This document shows, in pieces, positions 58,180-64,000 of a stretch of DNA of 64,000 nucleotides (positions are counted from its first letter, which is position 1; each line of letters begins with the position of its first letter). Source of the DNA: a virus. A program made the position numbers and the translations under genes. The notes under the pieces are model-generated. The model saw only the letters and a list, made by a program, of their open reading frames with translations. It did not search any database and had not been told where the DNA came from. The stretch lies in IMG/VR virus record IMGVR_UViG_3300024339_000005, one strand, 5' to 3'.

Positions 58180-58657
58180 TGTTTGTTCCTCTGCGGGCTG
58201 TGAAGCCTTGGTGCTGTTTGTATTTTCCCGAAACAGTTCTCATCATATTGCCTTGGTCTAATCCATGGGCGATACAATATTTCTTCAGGTCTATTACTGT
58301 TGTTTCTTCACCATCAGGTGTGGTGACTATCCATTCTTTACCCTGTCTTACGCTACAGGCGATTCGTTGTTTTTGTGTTCGACGTAGACCTGTTTGGGCT
58401 AATATTTGTCGTTGTTTTGCTAGGGCACTCTGTTTCTTACCAGTGTTAGCAGCCTTTGTCGCCATTATATTTGCTTGTGCGCCTGATATTTGACCTGTCA
58501 AGGCTTTCCATGCAATATAATCTTGGACTTCTCCAAGCATATCATATCTGTATTTATGGTGTTCGGCGTGTTCTATAATGTCGCACCCGACTATATTACT
58601 GGCTTCATCGGTGCCGCCGGCATGGCGTGGCACAATATGGTGGTTATGATATATCAT
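58166..58657 (-). CDS. HNH homing endonuclease between gp25 and gp6
   Basis: HNHHIVPRHAGGTDEASN...EHAEHH, IAWKALTGQI; related to 15015..15548. Confidence 0.85.
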   Translation of the reverse strand: MIYHNHHIVPRHAGGTDEASNIVGCDIIEHAEHHKYRYDMLGEVQDYIAWKALTGQISGAQANIMATKAANTGKKQSALAKQRQILAQTGLRRTQKQRIACSVRQGKEWIVTTPDGEETTVIDLKKYCIAHGLDQGNMMRTVSGKYKQHQGFTARRGTNNGHS

Positions 58658-59049
58658 CTTACTCGTTCCAAAAAGACCTGGACGGTCGTGGGTGCTGTGT
58701 TGTTCTTTATGCGAAATATGATGGCCACTGAAAGTCTGTTGTCGTCTGGAACCTCGGATACATGGACGTTTAGCAGTTCGGCCCGTGGTTCGTTGTCCTC
58801 AATAGCCTCTTTGATCGCGTTCGATATGTCTTCTGCGATTCCCTGGTCAAAGTTCTCAAATAGGTAGTGCGTGACATTCGACCCAAGGTTAGGCCGAAAA
58901 GGGCGTTCATAGAATTGAGTCAGTACGATATTCTTAACGGATCTAACAACCGCGTCGTTATTCGTCAGTCGAACGAGGTCACCACTTGTAGGGTGAGCCG
59001 TGAAGGCTGTGGTGAAGTCCGAAAAGACTATATCAGTTGTTAGCGGCAT
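58654..59049 (-). CDS. gp25: baseplate wedge subunit
   Basis: SVKNIVLT..YERPFRPNLGS, EPRA. Confidence 0.93.
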   Translation of the reverse strand: MPLTTDIVFSDFTTAFTAHPTSGDLVRLTNNDAVVRSVKNIVLTQFYERPFRPNLGSNVTHYLFENFDQGIAEDISNAIKEAIEDNEPRAELLNVHVSEVPDDNRLSVAIIFRIKNNTAPTTVQVFLERVR

Positions 59050-59072
59050 CTTATTCCCTTAATTCCTACTGG

Positions 59073-59080
59073 TATTTATA
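59073..59080 (-). promoter_or_regulatory. T4-type late promoter (gp25)
   Basis: TATAAATA. Confidence 0.8.
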
Positions 59081-59095
59081 ATAGTTTTCTTTTGT

Positions 59096-59152
59096 TTTTT
59101 ACTTGACAAGTGCTTGACAGAGTGTTATGATCACTATGTAGGGTTATTCAAT
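59096..59152 (+). repeat. 57-bp dispersed repeat, copy 2, containing an antisense sigma70-type promoter
   Basis: 54/57 identical to 8683-8739; TTGACA 59103 and 59114, TATGAT 59126. Confidence 0.9.
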
Positions 59153-59160
59153 ACCATAGT

Positions 59161-59427
59161 TTAGTTACCAATAAAGACAGTGGTTGATCCAGATGCTGCA
59201 TGACCACATGTAGCTAGGTCACCTGCATTGACAGCCTTCTTTCCCTCTATCCAGACATTATTCGATCCTGCTATCATTGTTGGTCCTGCATGTAATCCTA
59301 TACCATGCGAAGCAACAGCGTCACCATCTAGTGCAGCCAGTTCGCCATTGATATACGTTGTAGTTGCAGAGGCTATGATATCTCCACCTGCGGTATCGTC
59401 GTTTTTACTTGCTCCGGTTGCTGTCAT
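59161..59427 (-). CDS. PAAR-like spike tip protein (gp5.4 analog)
   Basis: YING.LAA..GD, H....H, GS.NV.I.G, GD.ATCGH. Confidence 0.88.
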   Translation of the reverse strand: MTATGASKNDDTAGGDIIASATTTYINGELAALDGDAVASHGIGLHAGPTMIAGSNNVWIEGKKAVNAGDLATCGHAASGSTTVFIGN

Positions 59428-59428
59428 G

Positions 59429-60343
59429 TTATCTCTCCGCGCCGTCTGGTGGCTCTGCTGGTCCTACCTCATAGCCTTCTTCTAATCCAAGCAACTTAGC
59501 CTGCATTGCCTGAATATCCTCACCCTTTTGTTGTAAGGTATCCATGGTATTCAGCAAGCCCTTCTTACGGAATTCAAAACTCTTATTGAAAGAATCTGTT
59601 GCGGCTTTATCAGATAGGAAGCCGGATTGAACGTAATCAGTTACGGCTGCGTCCATATCCTTTTTACTGAATATGATATCCTTTGCAAACATAGGACTAA
59701 AGGTCTTCAATGAAGGTGACGCAACGGGATCAGCAAACACAGGCATTACAGGTGGCTTATTGAAAGCCGAGATCATATCCGCATCAATTAGATTGACCTC
59801 TGCGATATCAGGTAAGATAGGTGTTATCTCAAATAGAGATTTCGGAATCACTGGTATCTCAAGAGCAGCCACATCCTCAAGGGGCGTTACTGCGGCTGAG
59901 AATTTTTCTTCAAGTGTGCCATCTGCGAATGCATCAATGTCTGGTATGTCGTTGCATATGTCAAGAGTACCTGCTAACAAACCCGTGATACTACTGGTTA
60001 TTTCAGATATGTCAATACCAAATGTGTCGGACATTTCTAACATCTTGGCTGCATACGCAACAGGCGACGTGACAAGACCCAGCAGGGTAGCCATTTCATC
60101 CTGATAACTGGTTGGAATCTCGGGTATCTCTGGTATAGCGGGTAGTTCGGGTATCAGGGCTGTAAGACTATCGGTTATCGTGCTAATAGATGCGGTCATA
60201 TCCGCAGCCAGAGTAGATAACGAATCGGTTATACCTCCTGCGCCCTGGGTCAGAGTACCTAATTGATCTGATAGGGCTGTCATCCCCTCATCAATAAGGT
60301 CCGTTGCGGCATCAAGAAGGTCGGTTGGGCATGCACTACTCAT
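59429..60343 (-). CDS. hypothetical baseplate-associated protein
   Basis: Between gp5 and PAAR; helical region with Pro-rich IPE repeats. Confidence 0.65.
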   Translation of the reverse strand: MSSACPTDLLDAATDLIDEGMTALSDQLGTLTQGAGGITDSLSTLAADMTASISTITDSLTALIPELPAIPEIPEIPTSYQDEMATLLGLVTSPVAYAAKMLEMSDTFGIDISEITSSITGLLAGTLDICNDIPDIDAFADGTLEEKFSAAVTPLEDVAALEIPVIPKSLFEITPILPDIAEVNLIDADMISAFNKPPVMPVFADPVASPSLKTFSPMFAKDIIFSKKDMDAAVTDYVQSGFLSDKAATDSFNKSFEFRKKGLLNTMDTLQQKGEDIQAMQAKLLGLEEGYEVGPAEPPDGAER

Positions 60344-61628
60344 TAATTCTTACCTGACTTCCGGTTATTCCCATAACGCCACCGGATGTTGTGTTCATTG
60401 TTGTTCCGGCTGTTACATTCATACCTGTTATTGACTTGAACGATACCGTTGCGCCACCGCCAGCAGAGAAATCTGTTCCTGCGCCGAGGTCCATTGTACT
60501 CGCTGCGGCAAAGACCGTATCTAGCCCGCTAGTCTGTTTAAACGCAAGAACATTAATGATGGTATTGTTCCCGATAATTTTTTCAAAGTGTGTCAATCCT
60601 ACTTGTTCAGAAAATGAACCAATGGTCGTTTCAGTTTTGTTCTGGCCAACACGTTCTTTCTGGTCCTTGTTGACATTACTCACCCTGTTAGCAACAATCT
60701 CGGTGACCTCTGAACCACCGATAGTAATGACCTTATCTTTTCGCACAGTTTCGTAGTAATTACCATCAACCTCTAAGTAATGGTCACCTTGGACGTACAA
60801 CTTGCTATCACCTTTTATAGTAACGCTACACGTACCACCAATATAAACGCTCTTATCTTTGATGAATAGTTCGAAATCATCACCTGTTACTTTGGTGATC
60901 TTATCGCCTGTGTGTTGTATTTCCTCAAACGTACCGGAAGGATGGTAGCTATGTGTTCGATTGGCGCCAGGTGTATCATCCCATTCCTCAACCATGCCAG
61001 CCTCACTCATTCGTACATGATTATATGGGTATGAACTTTGAACCGTAGCGACGTATTCACCTTCCTCTTGACCACCATAACGTGGGTTAGGCTCACTCCA
61101 TGTCGTTTTGTCTGTCTTTGCGTCTGGAATCGCGGGTGACATAAGCAGGTTCTTAGGTGCTCTTGCAATCGGAACATCACCTATTTTGTCCTGGCGTTTT
61201 TGAAAGAGTGACGGTGCACCCTCACCCTCTGTTGTTCTTGCGAGTTCATTTGTGTCTGGTACGTCAAAGAATTTTGGGTATACACCAGCGGGATCAGAGA
61301 ATCCTTTACCACCTTCTGGTACGTCTGGAATACCTCCGATAGTACCCATGATTACGGGTTCTTGTGCGTTCTCTCCATCACGAAAGAATCCAATGACCCA
61401 TGTACCCTCGACAGGACCAAGAGGTGTCTGTCCTATTCCACTTATACTAGCCGAGGTGATAGGTGCCATGGGGTGTGCCCAAGGAAGTGCTTCTGTAGGA
61501 ATCAAACTCTTGTCGTCAGTATGCCAACCAAGACAGCGTACACGTAAGCGACCAAGCTTCAATGGGTCGTTGCGATCTTCCACAACACCCTGAAACCATA
61601 CGAAGGCCCCTTTTCCCATAAAGTTCAT
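60336..61628 (-). CDS. gp5: baseplate hub central spike without lysozyme domain
   Basis: WFQGVVEDRNDPLKLGRLRVR, WVIGFFRDG, YPYNHV, H.SGTF.EI, VxG beta-helix repeats. Confidence 0.93.
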   Translation of the reverse strand: MNFMGKGAFVWFQGVVEDRNDPLKLGRLRVRCLGWHTDDKSLIPTEALPWAHPMAPITSASISGIGQTPLGPVEGTWVIGFFRDGENAQEPVIMGTIGGIPDVPEGGKGFSDPAGVYPKFFDVPDTNELARTTEGEGAPSLFQKRQDKIGDVPIARAPKNLLMSPAIPDAKTDKTTWSEPNPRYGGQEEGEYVATVQSSYPYNHVRMSEAGMVEEWDDTPGANRTHSYHPSGTFEEIQHTGDKITKVTGDDFELFIKDKSVYIGGTCSVTIKGDSKLYVQGDHYLEVDGNYYETVRKDKVITIGGSEVTEIVANRVSNVNKDQKERVGQNKTETTIGSFSEQVGLTHFEKIIGNNTIINVLAFKQTSGLDTVFAAASTMDLGAGTDFSAGGGATVSFKSITGMNVTAGTTMNTTSGGVMGITGSQVRINE

Positions 61629-61630
61629 AA

Positions 61631-62737
61631 TTAGGCTTTCTTAAATTTACTGAAGTCGAAACGTCTTGCTTTACTAGCAGCCACAGAGTCTTCTTTACTA
61701 AGTCCTTTGTTACGACGGTCCTGGTCTGCATCAATACCAACACCCGTCATAGCCGAACTAGGTACGTTGGCTGATATCCAACTAAACAGACCGGCTTGTA
61801 GTGCGGTCTTGAGGTCACCCATTGGCTTACCCTCGCGCTTCAATTGAATAGAAGAAAACGATTTGATGACCACAGGGCTTAATGCTTTGCGTAAGTCAGC
61901 AACCTGCTTAGGTGTACCAACGTATTTCTTCACGGTCTTTTCAATCTTATCAGAACCAGTAAGTGCTTCACCCTTTTCATTGGTATGAAAGATGGTGTTT
62001 TCTCTGTTGTTCAAGACGATATCAAAGCGACCATCTGCACCACCTGGTAGTTTACCACCTGTGACAATGTTCAACATAGAGCGCATTGCACCCTCATGTG
62101 TCTGCAACAGGATATGGGCGGGCACCACACGGTCACGACCTGCGTTGTTGTTTACAGCAACAGAATAGTTGGTTAGTACCCAGACCACATGGATGTTCTT
62201 AGGTTCGTAACCCATTTCTATCATATGCTCTGCAACGGCCTTGATATCACCACGGCTCTTGGCAGTAATGTCGAACAGGATGTTAGGCTTGTGTGTTGGT
62301 TGCATGTCTTTCATCAGTAGGTTCAGGGTCTTGTCTTCAATGTCCATCTTCTTGATAGCTTGGTGCAACTTGAAAACGTCTTTACCATTCTTGAGATCGA
62401 GGTTAGATAGATTGGTTCCCTGTGCTTCTTGGGAGAAACCTCTCTGTTTATCTCTTGAACTGAATTTACCACCGACGTTACGGGCTTGTTTAGGGCCTGC
62501 TCTGCGTATCTTGTCAAGGTGCATAAAAGCCACCTTCCATGCATCAACGTCGCGGATCTTGAATTTGTCGCTGTCCAGGAAGTTTTTGATGGCAAATCCC
62601 TTACCAGAACCCGCTCCTCCTGCCATGAAGACAATCTGACCATCTTTCTTACCCTGGTTGAACAGGATTAGTTTTTCCTCAAGGTGCTGTTGCTCCTCAA
62701 AGATTTCAAGGTGTTGTTTTTCAGAGAAAGATAACAT
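61631..62737 (-). CDS. P-loop kinase (zeta-toxin/AAA_33-like) with capsid-targeting-like N-terminus
   Basis: IVFMAGGAGSGKG, DVD, ILFDIT, lid-like N..R.RVVP. Confidence 0.75.
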   Translation of the reverse strand: MLSFSEKQHLEIFEEQQHLEEKLILFNQGKKDGQIVFMAGGAGSGKGFAIKNFLDSDKFKIRDVDAWKVAFMHLDKIRRAGPKQARNVGGKFSSRDKQRGFSQEAQGTNLSNLDLKNGKDVFKLHQAIKKMDIEDKTLNLLMKDMQPTHKPNILFDITAKSRGDIKAVAEHMIEMGYEPKNIHVVWVLTNYSVAVNNNAGRDRVVPAHILLQTHEGAMRSMLNIVTGGKLPGGADGRFDIVLNNRENTIFHTNEKGEALTGSDKIEKTVKKYVGTPKQVADLRKALSPVVIKSFSSIQLKREGKPMGDLKTALQAGLFSWISANVPSSAMTGVGIDADQDRRNKGLSKEDSVAASKARRFDFSKFKKA

Positions 62738-64000
62738 TATTTGATTTCCTCGTTTAGTGATTCTTTGATAACCTGCATGGATGTGGTCATTACATTACCT
62801 GTGATTTTATGTCGTACTTGAGTTACCAAGAACTTGCCTGTGTAGTATTTATCTGTCGCGTATTTAGGGTCTTCTACAGCAACACCAGATGGGTCGGGTA
62901 GTTCTATCTCAATTACATCCCCAGGCATTCTCTCTGAATCACCAGGTATCTCTACTGAGGCGACAAAGTTATTGAACCGCGCATAGGTCGAGTCGCGCTT
63001 CTGTAGGAATGTTTCTATCATAGCCGACTTGGTGAATACGTCTGTTGCAGCGTAATCAGATAATTCACCACGACGATACGACGTAGGTATCAGGTATTCA
63101 GTAGATGCACCTGTAATGAATTCGTCTTGCGTCTGGTGCATAGGTGTTGGCATAAGGTGCTTTGACCGTCTGACCGTATCGGCGAAATCTTTCTCGTAAT
63201 CGAATTCGTATTTCTTGTAGGTCTTCCGCACGATATCATGGGTTAGCAGGCCTGACTGGTACATGCCACCGTTAATGTTACCGAGTGTGTCAATAGATTT
63301 CTCTATTCTGAATTTCTCAACAATGTACGTTTTACCTGTATCAATTTTCTCTTTGTCATCTTGGGCATTCTGCGGGGCGTACTTATAGGTTTGTTTCTTA
63401 CCCTCTGCAATATGCTTGTCGATGGTCTTGAAATTGAATTTGTCGTGGTCTTCCCAAAACATGTAGTTGCTTGATGGGTGCTCGGCTGAATATGCTCTTG
63501 AGGCAAGCCATCCTAATGTCTCACCGGGAGATAGGTTAGGGATAATCAGATTCTGAACGCCCGCTGTTGCTTCTATCTCAATCTCTTTATCGACCTTGAT
63601 GTGGCTATCATAGATGATCTGTACGATATCGCTAATGGTTCTACCGACGAATCCTTGTTGAATAGACTTCTGTTGGCTCTTGAATGCTTCTTTACCAGTG
63701 AAGTGCAGAATGTACTTACGAGATTTATTGGTGTCACCCGTCATGAGGTCACTGATTTTATAGACTCGGAATGTCTTTTCTATCTTGGTATCAGGCTCCC
63801 CAGGCATATGGTACATCACTTCAAGGTCTTCCTGACCCGTGATAGGTAGTTCTGCGATCAGGTTCTCTGCGTCATCGAGGACCACGTTGCCATGTACATA
63901 TGGATTGGCTAAGTCTTCAATGATGTTCAATTCCGCCTTGATGTTGTCAAGGTGAATGCGTTCTCCTTTAACAGAGACAATGGTGAGTTTTTTAAGACTT
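62737..64000 (-). CDS. baseplate hub protein (gp27-like); 5' end outside the window
   Basis: LPITGQE, IIPNLSP, FWED...FNF, IPGDSE..PGDVI, YTGKFLVTQVRH; frame open to the window edge. Confidence 0.8.
   Translation of the reverse strand, partial: SLKKLTIVSVKGERIHLDNIKAELNIIEDLANPYVHGNVVLDDAENLIAELPITGQEDLEVMYHMPGEPDTKIEKTFRVYKISDLMTGDTNKSRKYILHFTGKEAFKSQQKSIQQGFVGRTISDIVQIIYDSHIKVDKEIEIEATAGVQNLIIPNLSPGETLGWLASRAYSAEHPSSNYMFWEDHDKFNFKTIDKHIAEGKKQTYKYAPQNAQDDKEKIDTGKTYIVEKFRIEKSIDTLGNINGGMYQSGLLTHDIVRKTYKKYEFDYEKDFADTVRRSKHLMPTPMHQTQDEFITGASTEYLIPTSYRRGELSDYAATDVFTKSAMIETFLQKRDSTYARFNNFVASVEIPGDSERMPGDVIEIELPDPSGVAVEDPKYATDKYYTGKFLVTQVRHKITGNVMTTSMQVIKESLNEEIK

Overview
A 64-kb segment of a large T4-like myovirus genome, almost entirely on the minus strand. 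Read in the direction of transcription (right to left) it contains: baseplate genes (gp27-like hub, gp5, PAAR, gp25, gp6, gp7, gp8, a 2067-aa DUF4815/VrlC-like protein, a gp9/10-like connector); a duplicated tail-fibre/LamG receptor-binding module; neck, terminase and tail genes (gp13-gp19); head genes (gp20, gp67, gp21, gp22, gp23); gp3 and a DNA ligase; uvsY, uvsW, gp55, gp47 and gp46; and accessory genes (MT-A70 methyltransferase, peptide deformylase, SLOG protein). Seven free-standing homing endonucleases and one remnant sit between core genes. T4 late promoters (TATAAATA) and sigma70-type promoters are readily seen. The most interesting observations are: (1) a gene-transfer-agent-type head spike base plus LamG head fibre pair inside the head operon; (2) a 460-aa prohead protein built of modules separated by repeated EE(V/T)EL(D/A/G)E linkers, possibly a protease-processed polyprotein, plus other proteins with capsid-targeting-like N-termini; (3) a 57-bp antisense promoter element repeated 50 kb apart, a candidate replication origin; (4) a covarying hairpin shared by two endonuclease leaders; (5) TGATCA overlapping the -10 box of five promoters; (6) gp15 apparently starting at ATC. 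All protein calls come from motif recognition and synteny; no database searches were run.
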